64,000 nucleotides of DNA, from contig JAFZQT010000033.1 of the NCBI GenBank assembly GCA_017620235.1, forward strand, positions 42,114-106,113, given 5' to 3'. This DNA is from Butyrivibrio sp. Lineage in GTDB: Bacteria; Bacillota; Clostridia; Lachnospirales; Lachnospiraceae. Below the pieces are notes generated by a model. The model was given only the letters and a program-made list of their open reading frames with translations, searched no databases and had not been told where the DNA came from. The translations under genes were made by a program, and so were the position numbers. Of this stretch, positions 37,665 through 47,366 are shown piece after piece (position 1 is the stretch's first letter; each line of letters starts with the position of its first letter).

Positions 37665-38578
37665 TGGCTAATGGTTTTTTCGCGAAATTACAGCAAGGCT
37701 TATCCAAAACAAGAGAAAATATTGCAAGGGGCATAGATAATGTCTTTAGCGGATTTTCAAATATTGACGAAGACTTCTACGAGGAACTTGAAGAGACCCT
37801 TATCATGGGCGATATCGGTATCGATGCGACAAGTAAGATCATCGACAAGCTTCGCAAGCAGGTAAGGGAAAAGCATATTTCCGATCCCGCGGAGTGCAAG
37901 AAACTTCTTGTAGATAACATCAGAGAACAGATGAGAACCGGTGAAGATGCATATGATTTCGAAGATAAGAAGACAGTTATCTTTGTTATCGGCGTTAATG
38001 GAGTCGGAAAGACTACATCGGTAGGAAAGCTCGCGTCTATTTATAAGAATAAGGGCAAAAAAGTTCTTATTGCAGCTGCAGATACATACAGAGCTGCGGC
38101 TACAGAGCAGCTTAAAGAGTGGGCTGACAGAGCCGGTACTCCCATTATCTGCGGAAAAGAAGGCGGAGATCCGGGAAGTGTTATTTATGATGCCGCTTTT
38201 GCATTTAAATCACGAGATTGTGATATCCTTATAGTCGATACAGCGGGCAGACTTCACAATAAGAAGAACCTTATGGATGAGTTGTCCAAGATGAACAGGA
38301 TTCTTGATAAGGAACTTGGCAATGTTTGCAGGGAGAACTTTATTGTTCTTGACGGCACAACAGGTCAGAACGCTATAATGCAGGCAAGGGAATTCGGCGA
38401 AGCTGCCGATCTTACCGGTATTATACTTACCAAGCTTGATGGCACTGCAAAGGGAGGAATTGCGGTTGCTATAGTTTCAGAGCTCAACATTCCGGTCAAG
38501 TATATCGGTGTTGGTGAGGCTATAGATGACTTGGAGAGATTTGACTCCGATCAGTTTGTAGATGCTTTATTTTCATAA
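37664..38578 (+). CDS. ftsY: SRP receptor FtsY
   Basis: GVNGVGKTT, DTYRAAA, DTAGRLH, TKLDGTAKGG. Confidence 0.96.
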   Translation: MANGFFAKLQQGLSKTRENIARGIDNVFSGFSNIDEDFYEELEETLIMGDIGIDATSKIIDKLRKQVREKHISDPAECKKLLVDNIREQMRTGEDAYDFEDKKTVIFVIGVNGVGKTTSVGKLASIYKNKGKKVLIAAADTYRAAATEQLKEWADRAGTPIICGKEGGDPGSVIYDAAFAFKSRDCDILIVDTAGRLHNKKNLMDELSKMNRILDKELGNVCRENFIVLDGTTGQNAIMQAREFGEAADLTGIILTKLDGTAKGGIAVAIVSELNIPVKYIGVGEAIDDLERFDSDQFVDALFS

Positions 38579-38602
38579 ATATTAAGTTGGGAGATAGAAG
38601 AA

Positions 38603-39829
38603 ATGGCTGAAGAATCTAAAATGACGTTGGAAAAATTTGAAGAAGCTTACGAAGCTGTAAAGAAGGTAACACTTGAGACCAAGCTTATTTACAGCGATTA
38701 CTGGAGTGGAAGCACGGGTAACAAGGTTTATCTCAAGCCCGAGAATCTTCAGAGAACCGGAGCATATAAGGTTAGAGGTGCTTATTACAAGATTACAACA
38801 CTTTCTGATGAAGAGAGAAAGAAAGGACTCATAACCGCATCTGCCGGAAACCACGCGCAGGGTGTTGCATATGCAGCAAAGTGCTACGGCGTAAAAGCAA
38901 CGATCGTGATGCCGACATCTACTCCTCTTATCAAGGTTAACAGAACAAAGGCGCTCGGCGCTGAAGTTGTTCTTCATGGAAATGTTTATGACGAAGCTTA
39001 CGAGCACGCATGTAAGCTTGCGGAAGAGAACGGATACACAATGGTTCATCCTTTCGATGATCTTGATGTTGCAACAGGTCAGGGAACCATCGCAATGGAG
39101 ATCATAAAGGAACTTCCCACTGTTGACTATATTCTTGTTCCTATCGGTGGAGGCGGACTTGCAACAGGTGTTTCAACACTTGCAAAGCTCCTTAATCCCA
39201 AGATCAAAGTAATTGGTGTTGAGCCTGCGGGAGCAAATTGTATGCAGGAATCAATAAAGGCAGGTCATGTAGTTACACTTCCCGGTGTAAACACGATCGC
39301 CGACGGTACTGCTGTTAAGACACCCGGAGAAAAGATATTCCCTTATCTTACAAAGAATATCGATGACATCATCACAGTTCCCGATGAAGATCTTGTAGTT
39401 TCTTTCCTTGATATGGTCGAGAACCACAAGATGGTTGTTGAGAATTCCGGACTTTTGTCTGTTGCTGCACTTAAGCAGCTTGACTGCAAGGACAAGAAGG
39501 TTGCCTGCGTTCTTTCAGGCGGTAATATGGACATTATTACAATGTCTTCTGTAGTACAGCAAGGTCTCATAATGAGAGACAGAATATTCACTGTTTCTGT
39601 ACTTCTTCCCGATAAGCCGGGTGAGCTTTCAAGAGTTTCCGGCATCATTGCGGAAGTAAACGGAAACGTTATCAAGCTTGAGCACAACCAGTTTGTTTCT
39701 ATCAACAGAAATGCTGCCGTTGAGCTCCGTATCACACTTGAAGCATTTGGAAGTGAGCATAAAGAGCAGATTCTTAAGGCTCTTACCGAAAAAGGTTTCA
39801 AACCGAAAATTGTAAGGACAAATATTTAA
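38603..39829 (+). CDS. ilvA: Threonine ammonia-lyase with C-terminal ACT domain
   Basis: KPENLQRTGAYKVRGA, ASAGNHAQG, PIGGGGL, SGGN, LPDKPGEL. Confidence 0.9.
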   Translation: MAEESKMTLEKFEEAYEAVKKVTLETKLIYSDYWSGSTGNKVYLKPENLQRTGAYKVRGAYYKITTLSDEERKKGLITASAGNHAQGVAYAAKCYGVKATIVMPTSTPLIKVNRTKALGAEVVLHGNVYDEAYEHACKLAEENGYTMVHPFDDLDVATGQGTIAMEIIKELPTVDYILVPIGGGGLATGVSTLAKLLNPKIKVIGVEPAGANCMQESIKAGHVVTLPGVNTIADGTAVKTPGEKIFPYLTKNIDDIITVPDEDLVVSFLDMVENHKMVVENSGLLSVAALKQLDCKDKKVACVLSGGNMDIITMSSVVQQGLIMRDRIFTVSVLLPDKPGELSRVSGIIAEVNGNVIKLEHNQFVSINRNAAVELRITLEAFGSEHKEQILKALTEKGFKPKIVRTNI

Positions 39830-39833
39830 AAAA

Positions 39834-40709
39834 ATGAGTAAACAAATAAGTGCAAAAAGAAGGTGCATTGAGTATCTGATAATAACCTTTGCGGCTTTGC
39901 TTTATGGAGTAGGAACAAGTATGCTTATCGATCCCAACGATATAGCACCGGGAGGTCTTACGGGACTTGCCATTGTTCTTAACAGAGTAGTGGGGATCGG
40001 AACAGGTCTTTGGTTCTGGCTGATGAACATTCCGATATTGATTCTTGCGATATGGAAGTTCGGCATCAGGTTTACGGTTTCGACTATTTACGCAACGACT
40101 ATGATTTCTCTTTTCACCGACATGTGCACGAGATTTTTCTCGGATTATGTGATTCGTGATAAGATCCTTGGTATTACATTCGGAAGCGCCCTGACTGCTG
40201 TGGCTATCGGACTTGTATTTAAATGCCATGCCACAAGCGGAGGTACCGATGTAATCATAAAAATACTCAGGTTAAAATATCCGCATGTAAAGACAGGAGT
40301 TTTGTATATCCTGACAGATATCGGAGTTTTGCTCGTTGCTGCGATTGTATTTAATGATGTTGCGGCTGCGATGTATTCATTTTTGTCCGTTATGCTTACA
40401 TCCTTTATTCTGGACATTGTTCTGTACGGAAGAGACGGAGCGAAGCTTATTTATATTATTTCAGACAATCCGGACGCCATTACAAAGAGGCTTCTCGATG
40501 AACTGGATATAGGAGCAACGCACGTTTTCGGACAGGGAGCATATAGTGGAGAAAAGAAAAAAGTAATTATGTGTGCCGTTAAAAAGAGGCTTTCACCTAT
40601 GGCGGAAGACGTTGTCAGAGATGAAGATCCAAATGCATTCATGATCGTTACGAGTGCGAGCGAGATTTTCGGAGAAGGCTATAAGAGCTATTTTGATGAG
40701 AGAATGTAG
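39834..40709 (+). CDS. YitT-family membrane protein
   Basis: APGGLTGLA, TSGGTD, G.GAYSG, D.NAF...EIFGEG. Confidence 0.88.
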   Translation: MSKQISAKRRCIEYLIITFAALLYGVGTSMLIDPNDIAPGGLTGLAIVLNRVVGIGTGLWFWLMNIPILILAIWKFGIRFTVSTIYATTMISLFTDMCTRFFSDYVIRDKILGITFGSALTAVAIGLVFKCHATSGGTDVIIKILRLKYPHVKTGVLYILTDIGVLLVAAIVFNDVAAAMYSFLSVMLTSFILDIVLYGRDGAKLIYIISDNPDAITKRLLDELDIGATHVFGQGAYSGEKKKVIMCAVKKRLSPMAEDVVRDEDPNAFMIVTSASEIFGEGYKSYFDERM

Positions 40710-40714
40710 AGAGT

Positions 40715-41803
40715 ATGAGTAATAACCTTCCTGATTCAAGAGAAAAAAAGGGGACAAGTGGTGCCCGCAATACGTTATCCATTATCTTCATGAGCCTTGT
40801 CGCTATCATGACGCTTAGTTTCAGTATCGTTCTCCTTATTAAAAATGCGTCTCTTCAGAGAGAAACAGATGCTGTTAGAAGCGAGCTTGATACTATGGAC
40901 AAGGAGCATTTCTTTACAGAAGGCGAGATGGGTAGCCGAATTGAAGAAGCAAGGATAGAGGCTGCCGAGAACGCGGAGAGAGCACTTCGTGAGGATATCA
41001 AGAATAGGCTTGAAAACGGAGAGGGACCGAATTCAATTTTCAAATCTCTTTTCCCCGATCAGCTTGTTGTATCAAGAAACAACAGATACTTTTTCTTTCC
41101 TATAAGCAAGAAGATCGCGCGTCATAATTTCCAGCCGGGTGACTTTGAGCTTGATGATAAGGGCTTCCTTCAGTATGTAGGTGAAAATACAGACTTTAAG
41201 TACAAGCACGGAATTGATGTTTCAAGGTTCCAGGGTAAGATCGACTGGGCAAAGGTAAAAGAAGCCGGCATTGAGTTTGCCATTATCAGGGCATGCTACA
41301 GAGGAATAACAGAGGGCGTCATCATTGATGATGAGACCTTCGAAGATAATATTAAGGGTGCCATCGACAATGGAATTGACGTCGGAGTATATGTTTATTC
41401 TCAGGCGATCAACAAAGAAGAGGCACTTGAAGAGGCAAATCACGTTCTTGAGATGATCAAGCCGTATAAGCTGACATATCCTGTCGTTATCGATATCGAG
41501 TCGGCTGATTCCGACAACGCAAGAACATTGAATTTGTCGTCAAAAGAGTATGAAGAAGTTGCAGATGTTTTCTGTAACAGAGTTGAAGAAGCGGGATATA
41601 AGTCGATGATCTACGGCAATCTTTTGTCGTTCACGGTTCTTATGAATGCAGAGAATGTCGACGGCAGAGATATATGGTTTGCGCAGTACAATCCGTCTCT
41701 GTATTATCCGTACCACTTTAACATCTGGCAGTATACAGCGTCGGGTAAGGTTCCCGGAATAGAAAAGAACGTTGACCTTAATATTTGTATTACCGAGTAT
41801 TGA
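40715..41803 (+). CDS. Membrane-anchored GH25 muramidase
   Basis: N-terminal TM and coiled coil; GIDVSRFQG, YPVVIDIE, WQYT..G.VPGI..NVDLN. Confidence 0.88.
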   Translation: MSNNLPDSREKKGTSGARNTLSIIFMSLVAIMTLSFSIVLLIKNASLQRETDAVRSELDTMDKEHFFTEGEMGSRIEEARIEAAENAERALREDIKNRLENGEGPNSIFKSLFPDQLVVSRNNRYFFFPISKKIARHNFQPGDFELDDKGFLQYVGENTDFKYKHGIDVSRFQGKIDWAKVKEAGIEFAIIRACYRGITEGVIIDDETFEDNIKGAIDNGIDVGVYVYSQAINKEEALEEANHVLEMIKPYKLTYPVVIDIESADSDNARTLNLSSKEYEEVADVFCNRVEEAGYKSMIYGNLLSFTVLMNAENVDGRDIWFAQYNPSLYYPYHFNIWQYTASGKVPGIEKNVDLNICITEY

Positions 41804-41805
41804 AG

Positions 41806-42651
41806 ATGAAAAATGCAGAGAATATAACGGAATATGAGCAGAGAGGATACTTGGACAGCGATTTTAAGTATTTTCATATTTCCGACAAAGTAACTTCAGA
41901 TATTGACTTTCATTATCACGATTTCTACAAGATCATACTGATCTTGAAAGGTAATGTCAGATATTTGATCGAAGGACGAGAGTATGAGCTCTTGCCCTTC
42001 GATTTTGTGCTTGTAAACAGGTTTGATATTCATAAACCTGTTGTTGAGAGTAAGGACGATTACGACAGGATAATCCTGTATCTTAAGCATGAGTTTCTTG
42101 AAGAGCTGGGGCTCCTTGATGCTTTTATGAAGGCAAAAGAGCTCGAAAGTTATATAGTGAGATTCAACTCGGGAACGAGCGCTCATATCTACGATATGCT
42201 CCTTAAGGCGGAGGAAGATATAAGGGTAAAAGATACCGAGTACGCGGGTGAGCTTACCGCAAAGATCGATGTTATCAAGATGCTTATTGAATTTAATAAG
42301 GCGTGTATCTCCGAGGACTTCGGCTTCAGACCTGAGGCGAGATTTAATAGGAAGGTAATTGAGATCATCGAATATATCAATGACAATCTGCAAAAAGATC
42401 TCTCGATAGATTCGATCGCCGATAAATTCTATCTGAGCAAATATCATATGATGAGAATATTTAAGAGTGAGACGGGATATTCGGTTCACCGTTATATTTC
42501 CGAAAAGAGAATTCTTCTTGCAAGAAATCTTATAATGTCGGGAATTCCGTCAACGACGGCATGTCTTGAGTGCGGATTTAAAGATTATTCCTCTTTTAGC
42601 CGTGCCTTCAAAAATCAGCTTGGAATATTGCCTTCAGAAGTAAAGATATAG
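41806..42651 (+). CDS. AraC-family regulator
   Basis: FHYHDFYKI cupin; CGFKDYSSFSRAFK HTH. Confidence 0.9.
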   Translation: MKNAENITEYEQRGYLDSDFKYFHISDKVTSDIDFHYHDFYKIILILKGNVRYLIEGREYELLPFDFVLVNRFDIHKPVVESKDDYDRIILYLKHEFLEELGLLDAFMKAKELESYIVRFNSGTSAHIYDMLLKAEEDIRVKDTEYAGELTAKIDVIKMLIEFNKACISEDFGFRPEARFNRKVIEIIEYINDNLQKDLSIDSIADKFYLSKYHMMRIFKSETGYSVHRYISEKRILLARNLIMSGIPSTTACLECGFKDYSSFSRAFKNQLGILPSEVKI

Positions 42652-42697
42652 GTGTCAAGAAAAAATACTTGACACCTATTTTTGTTTGATATAATAT
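42648..42697 (+). promoter_or_regulatory. ylxM-ffh promoter with palindrome over the -35
   Basis: ATAGGTGTCAAG-N8-CTTGACACCTAT (42648-42679) containing TTGACA, followed by TATAAT/TAATAT at 42690-42697. Confidence 0.65.
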
Positions 42698-42731
42698 AAC
42701 ATTTGTGCAACTGGTAGAGAAGAGGAATTCT

Positions 42732-43079
42732 ATGGAAAAAATCGTAGAGCAGGGCTTGTTGTATGATTTTTACGGCGAGCTTCTTACCGAACATCAGAAA
42801 AGTATATACGAAGCCGCTGTTTACGAGGATATGTCTCTTACGGAGATAGCCAGTGAACACGGGATCAGCAAGCAGGGCGTGCACGATCTGATCAAGAGAT
42901 GCACCAAGACCTTGCAGGGATATGAGAACAGGCTTCACATGATAAAGAGGTTTGAAGCGATCAAACGCGATGCGGAATTTCTCAAGGAACTTTCGGACAA
43001 AGCTGATGAGATCTCAGGTGATGAGCTCAAGAAGAATCTCAGGATCTTATCGGGGAAAATTATAGAGGAGCTTACGTAA
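42732..43079 (+). CDS. ylxM: YlxM-family DNA-binding protein
   Basis: LYDFYGELLTEHQ, D.SL.EIA...ISKQGVHD, YE..L; immediately upstream of ffh. Confidence 0.92.
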   Translation: MEKIVEQGLLYDFYGELLTEHQKSIYEAAVYEDMSLTEIASEHGISKQGVHDLIKRCTKTLQGYENRLHMIKRFEAIKRDAEFLKELSDKADEISGDELKKNLRILSGKIIEELT

Positions 43080-43082
43080 TTA

Positions 43083-44456
43083 ATGGCTTTTGAAAGTCTT
43101 ACAGATAAATTACAAAACGTATTTAAGAATTTAAGAGGTAAGGGACGTCTTTCTGAGGAGGACGTTAAGGCTGCCCTTAAAGAAGTAAAGATGGCTCTCC
43201 TTGAAGCGGACGTAAACTTTAAGGTTGTTAAGCAGTTTGTTTCTTCCGTACAGGAAAGAGCTGTTGGTGAGGATGTTTTAAACGGACTCAATCCCGGTCA
43301 GATGGTTATCAAGATAGTTAATGAAGAGATGACCTCTCTTATGGGATCTGAGACAACAGAGTTAAAGCTTCTTCCTATAAATGAGATCACAGTTATCATG
43401 ATGTGCGGTCTTCAGGGTGCAGGTAAAACAACAACTGCGGCCAAGATTGCAGGAAAGCTCAAGATGAAGGGCAGAAAGCCGCTTCTTGCAGCATGTGATA
43501 TCTACAGACCTGCGGCTATTGATCAGCTCAAGATCAACGCTGAGAAACAGCAGGTAGATTTCTTTTCTATGGGAACGGACGTAAGTCCCGTGGAGATTGC
43601 GAAAGCATCTGTCGATCAGGCAAAAAAGAATGGCAATAACGTTGTCATCGTCGATACAGCCGGTCGTTTACAGATAGATGAAGGAATGATGAAAGAGCTT
43701 TGCGACATCAAGGAAGCAATTGAAGTTCATCAGTCACTTCTTGTAGTTGATGCCATGACCGGTCAGGATGCGGTTAATGTTGCATCGGAGTTTAATGAGA
43801 AAGTCGGAATCGACGGTATCATCTTATCAAAGATGGACGGTGATTCACGAGGCGGTGCGGCTCTTTCAACAAAGGCTGTTACCGGAAAGCCTATTCTGTA
43901 CGTAGGTATGGGAGAGAAGCTCTCAGATCTTGAGCAGTTCTATCCGGACAGAATGGCAAGCAGAATACTCGGCATGGGTGATGTGCTCAGTCTTATTGAT
44001 AAGGCGGTTGAGGCTAACGCTGAACGCGATATCGAAAAAGACAAAGAGATGGCATCTAAGATGAAGAAGGGCAAGATTGATTTCGAGATGTATCTCGAGA
44101 GCATGAAGCAGATGCGCAACATGGGCGGTCTTTCTTCAATAATGGGAATGCTCCCCGGAATGGGAAATATAAGTGATGATCAGCTTCCTGATGAGAAGAA
44201 ACTTGCAAAGATGGAAGCAATCGTTCTTTCCATGACACCTGCGGAGAGAAAGAATCCCAAGCTTATGAATCCTCAGAGAAAGTTCAGAATCGCTAAGGGT
44301 TCGGGAAATGATATAGCCGATGTAAACAGATTCATCAAGCAGTTTGAACAGATGCAGAAGATGATGAAGCAGATGCCCGGTCTTATGGGCGGTAAGCGAG
44401 GCGGCTTTGGTAAATTCGGTGGCCTCGGCGGATTCGGCAAAAACAGATTCTTTTGA
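43083..44456 (+). CDS. ffh: Signal recognition particle protein
   Basis: ALLEADVN, GLQGAGKTT, DTAGR, DGDSRGGAALS, Met-rich M domain. Confidence 0.97.
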   Translation: MAFESLTDKLQNVFKNLRGKGRLSEEDVKAALKEVKMALLEADVNFKVVKQFVSSVQERAVGEDVLNGLNPGQMVIKIVNEEMTSLMGSETTELKLLPINEITVIMMCGLQGAGKTTTAAKIAGKLKMKGRKPLLAACDIYRPAAIDQLKINAEKQQVDFFSMGTDVSPVEIAKASVDQAKKNGNNVVIVDTAGRLQIDEGMMKELCDIKEAIEVHQSLLVVDAMTGQDAVNVASEFNEKVGIDGIILSKMDGDSRGGAALSTKAVTGKPILYVGMGEKLSDLEQFYPDRMASRILGMGDVLSLIDKAVEANAERDIEKDKEMASKMKKGKIDFEMYLESMKQMRNMGGLSSIMGMLPGMGNISDDQLPDEKKLAKMEAIVLSMTPAERKNPKLMNPQRKFRIAKGSGNDIADVNRFIKQFEQMQKMMKQMPGLMGGKRGGFGKFGGLGGFGKNRFF

Positions 44457-44531
44457 TATGTCGTACAGCGAACAGCTGTCTTCTACATATAAAAAACAAT
44501 AAATTTCATTATTTTACGGAGGAAGTTTAAA

Positions 44532-44777
44532 ATGGCAGTAAAGATCAGATTAAAGAGAATTGGTAAGAAGAAGGTTCCTTTCTACAGAATTATCGTTTCT
44601 GATTCAAAGTTCCCTGTACAGGGTAAGTTCATCGAGGAGATCGGAACTTATGATCCCAATACAGATCCCAGCACAGTAAAGGTTAACGAGGAGCTTGCAA
44701 AGAAGTGGATCGCTAACGGTGCTCAGCCTACAGAGTCAGTTGCTAAGTTGTTTAGACAGGCCGGAATCAGCAAGTAA
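44532..44777 (+). CDS. rpsP: 30S ribosomal protein S16
   Basis: [33 protein letters not shown]. Confidence 0.97.
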   Translation: MAVKIRLKRIGKKKVPFYRIIVSDSKFPVQGKFIEEIGTYDPNTDPSTVKVNEELAKKWIANGAQPTESVAKLFRQAGISK

Positions 44778-44882
44778 TTTTGTGATATAGTGGCTAAGGT
44801 CAAAATTGCATGTATACGGTAAGCGTTTTGGCTGTATATCATATTTACCGAACATGAAATTACTTATGCCGGAGGATAAACA

Positions 44883-45110
44883 ATGAAAGAGTTAGTCGAA
44901 GTAATCGCAAAAGCGCTTGTTGACAATCCGGATGAAGTTGTAGTCTCCGAGAAAAAAGACGGGCGCAATATTATGATCGAGCTTCATGTTGCACCTTCAG
45001 ACATGGGCAAGGTAATTGGCAAACAGGGACGTATCGCAAAAGCTATACGTTCTGTGGTAAAGGCGGCATCAACCAGAGAAAACCTTAAGGTTGACGTTGA
45101 GATCGTCTAA
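44883..45110 (+). CDS. khpA: KH-domain RNA-binding protein KhpA
   Basis: IAKALVDNPD, DMGKVIGKQGRIAKAIR. Confidence 0.94.
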   Translation: MKELVEVIAKALVDNPDEVVVSEKKDGRNIMIELHVAPSDMGKVIGKQGRIAKAIRSVVKAASTRENLKVDVEIV

Positions 45111-45127
45111 GGCTGCCGGAAATATTG

Positions 45128-45167
45128 AGCCGAATAGGAAGCGTATTATTCTATTCGGCTCTTTTTA
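45128..45167 (+). terminator. Intrinsic terminator after khpA
   Basis: GAGCCGAATAGG ... TCTATTCGGCTC followed by a T-run. Confidence 0.75.
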
Positions 45168-45193
45168 TTCTGATTTTTTAGTATAGGACGGAT

Positions 45194-45937
45194 ATGAATT
45201 TTCATATAATGACATTGTTTCCCGAGATGGTAACAGAGTGCCTTTCTTCAAGTATTATCGGAAGGGCAATGACTAAAGGGCTGATAAGCCTAAACGCTGT
45301 TAATATCAGGGATTTTTCAAACGACACCAAACATCATAAAGTTGACGATTATACATACGGAGGCGGCGCCGGCATGCTTATGCAGGCACAGCCGATCTAT
45401 GATTGCTATATAGATATTAAAAACAAGATTGAAAAAGAGAATGGTAAAGCTCTGAGGGTTATCTATGTTACTCCTCAGGGAAAAGTCTTTAATCAGGAAA
45501 TTGTGACGGAACTTGCGCAGGAAGAGAATCTTGTATTCTTGTGCGGTCATTACGAAGGCGTGGACGAGAGAGTTCTCGAAGAGATCGTGACGGATTATAT
45601 CTCTATCGGTGACTATGTTCTCACGGGCGGAGAACTTCCCGCGATGGTAATGATCGATGCGATATCAAGGTTTGTTCCGGGAGTTCTCAACAATGATGAG
45701 TCTGCTATGACGGACAGCTTTAACAACAATCTTTTGGAATATCCTCAGTATTCAAGGCCTGAGGAGTGGATGGGGAAGAAAGTTCCTCCGATACTTTTGT
45801 CAGGTGATCACAAGAAAGTGGATGAGTGGAGGCTTGAACAGTCTATAATAAGGACGAAAGAACGACGCCCCGATCTCTATGAGAAGTGGCTTGCAGAAAA
45901 TCCTCCCGTGGAGAAGAAAAAGAGGAGAAAGAAATGA
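45194..45937 (+). CDS. trmD: tRNA (guanine-N1)-methyltransferase
   Basis: TLFPEM, VDD..YGGGAGM, CGHYEGVDER, SIGDYVLTGGE, YPQYSRP. Confidence 0.97.
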   Translation: MNFHIMTLFPEMVTECLSSSIIGRAMTKGLISLNAVNIRDFSNDTKHHKVDDYTYGGGAGMLMQAQPIYDCYIDIKNKIEKENGKALRVIYVTPQGKVFNQEIVTELAQEENLVFLCGHYEGVDERVLEEIVTDYISIGDYVLTGGELPAMVMIDAISRFVPGVLNNDESAMTDSFNNNLLEYPQYSRPEEWMGKKVPPILLSGDHKKVDEWRLEQSIIRTKERRPDLYEKWLAENPPVEKKKRRKK

Positions 45938-46446
45938 CGGACAGATTCCAAGTAGGTGTTATAGCTTCAACACATGGTCTTAACGGCGAAGTAAATGTTT
46001 TTCCCACGACCGAAGATCCAAACAGATTTAAAAAACTTAAGAAGGTAACTCTTCATACAAACAGAGGAGAACAGCTTGAACTTGATGTGCAGAGCGCGAG
46101 ATTTTTTAAGAAGTTCGTCATTGTAAAATTCAAGCAGTTTGATAATATAAATGACGTTGAGAAATTCCGCGGCTGCGAGCTTACGATTTCGAGAAAAGAT
46201 GCGATAAAGCTTGCTCCGGGAGAATATTATGTTGCCGATCTTGTAGGACTTGATATAGTCGATGAGGACGGAAAGAAACTCGGCGTTCTTGCGGATGTCA
46301 TTCAGACGGGTGCGAATGATGTGTATGAGATGACTCCCGAAGACGGCACCGAAAAGGTGTATATACCCGCTATTAAAGACTGTGTCAAAGAAATTGATGT
46401 CAAAAATAATAGGATTGTTATTCACGTAATGGAAGGGTTATTTTAA
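45934..46446 (+). CDS. rimM: Ribosome maturation factor RimM
   Basis: VG.I..THGLNGEV, EYYVADLVGL, QTGANDVY, IPAI; ATGA overlap with the trmD stop. Confidence 0.95.
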   Translation: MTDRFQVGVIASTHGLNGEVNVFPTTEDPNRFKKLKKVTLHTNRGEQLELDVQSARFFKKFVIVKFKQFDNINDVEKFRGCELTISRKDAIKLAPGEYYVADLVGLDIVDEDGKKLGVLADVIQTGANDVYEMTPEDGTEKVYIPAIKDCVKEIDVKNNRIVIHVMEGLF

Positions 46447-46542
46447 CTATTTTATAGTTGATGACTTTTTTCAAATAATGAACTATAATTATTTTGTGAT
46501 TTAATTTTTTATCTGACACTATATATTGTGTGAGGAATTTTT

Positions 46543-47322
46543 ATGGTTGATTATACTGAAGGTGCAGGTTATCAATATCATACGCACGTCAAGAAAGGTG
46601 ATGTCGGCAGGTATGTGATCCTTACCGGCGACCCCGGAAGATGTGAATCTATTTCAAAACTTTTTGACAATCCTAAATTTATAGCATATAACAGAGAATA
46701 CAATACATATACAGGCACATTGTGCGGCGAGAAAGTTACGGTAATGTCTCATGGTATCGGAGGCGCTTCAACAGCGATTGCTATTGAGGAGCTTTATAAT
46801 TGCGGCGCTGATACATTTATCAGAATGGGTACTTCAGGCGGAATGCAGGATGATATCATCGGAGGCGACATTGTTATTGCGAACGGTGCGATAAGAGCAG
46901 AGGGAACATCTAAGGAATATGCTCCTATAGAATATCCCGCTGTAGCTGATTTTGATGTAGTTTCTGCGTTGGTTGACGGAGCCAGGAAAGCAGGGGCTAA
47001 TTATCATGTCGGTGTTGCCCAGTGCAAGGATTCTTTCTTTGGACAGCATGAACCTGAAACAAAACCTGTAGCACAGGAACTTTTGTATAAGTGGGACGCC
47101 TGGATAAAGTGCGGTGCACTTTGCTCTGAGATGGAGTCTTCTACATTGTTTATTGTGGGTAGTTATTTGAAAGCCAGAACAGGAGCTGTTCTTTTGGTTG
47201 TGGCTAATCAGGAAAGAGCAAAGAAAGGTCTTTCCAATCCGCAGGCTCATGATATGGAAATTGTCTATAAGACGACGATTGAAGCGGTTAAGAGCCTGAT
47301 TGCTATGGATAAAACCAAATAA
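46543..47322 (+). CDS. udp: Uridine phosphorylase
   Basis: LTGDPGR, HGIGG, IRMGTSG, RAEGTS, DSFFGQH, EMES. Confidence 0.9.
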   Translation: MVDYTEGAGYQYHTHVKKGDVGRYVILTGDPGRCESISKLFDNPKFIAYNREYNTYTGTLCGEKVTVMSHGIGGASTAIAIEELYNCGADTFIRMGTSGGMQDDIIGGDIVIANGAIRAEGTSKEYAPIEYPAVADFDVVSALVDGARKAGANYHVGVAQCKDSFFGQHEPETKPVAQELLYKWDAWIKCGALCSEMESSTLFIVGSYLKARTGAVLLVVANQERAKKGLSNPQAHDMEIVYKTTIEAVKSLIAMDKTK

Positions 47323-47366
47323 GGTTTTATATAAATTTTTTTCATTATAAACAATGGAGGATAATT

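Noticed and set aside
40715-41803. Phage endolysin or prophage
   Set aside because: The GH25 protein has an N-terminal membrane anchor and sits among housekeeping genes with no holin, structural or integrase genes.
46447-46542. Purine or other riboswitch upstream of udp
   Set aside because: The region is short and AT-rich, with only a weak inverted repeat and no aptamer consensus.
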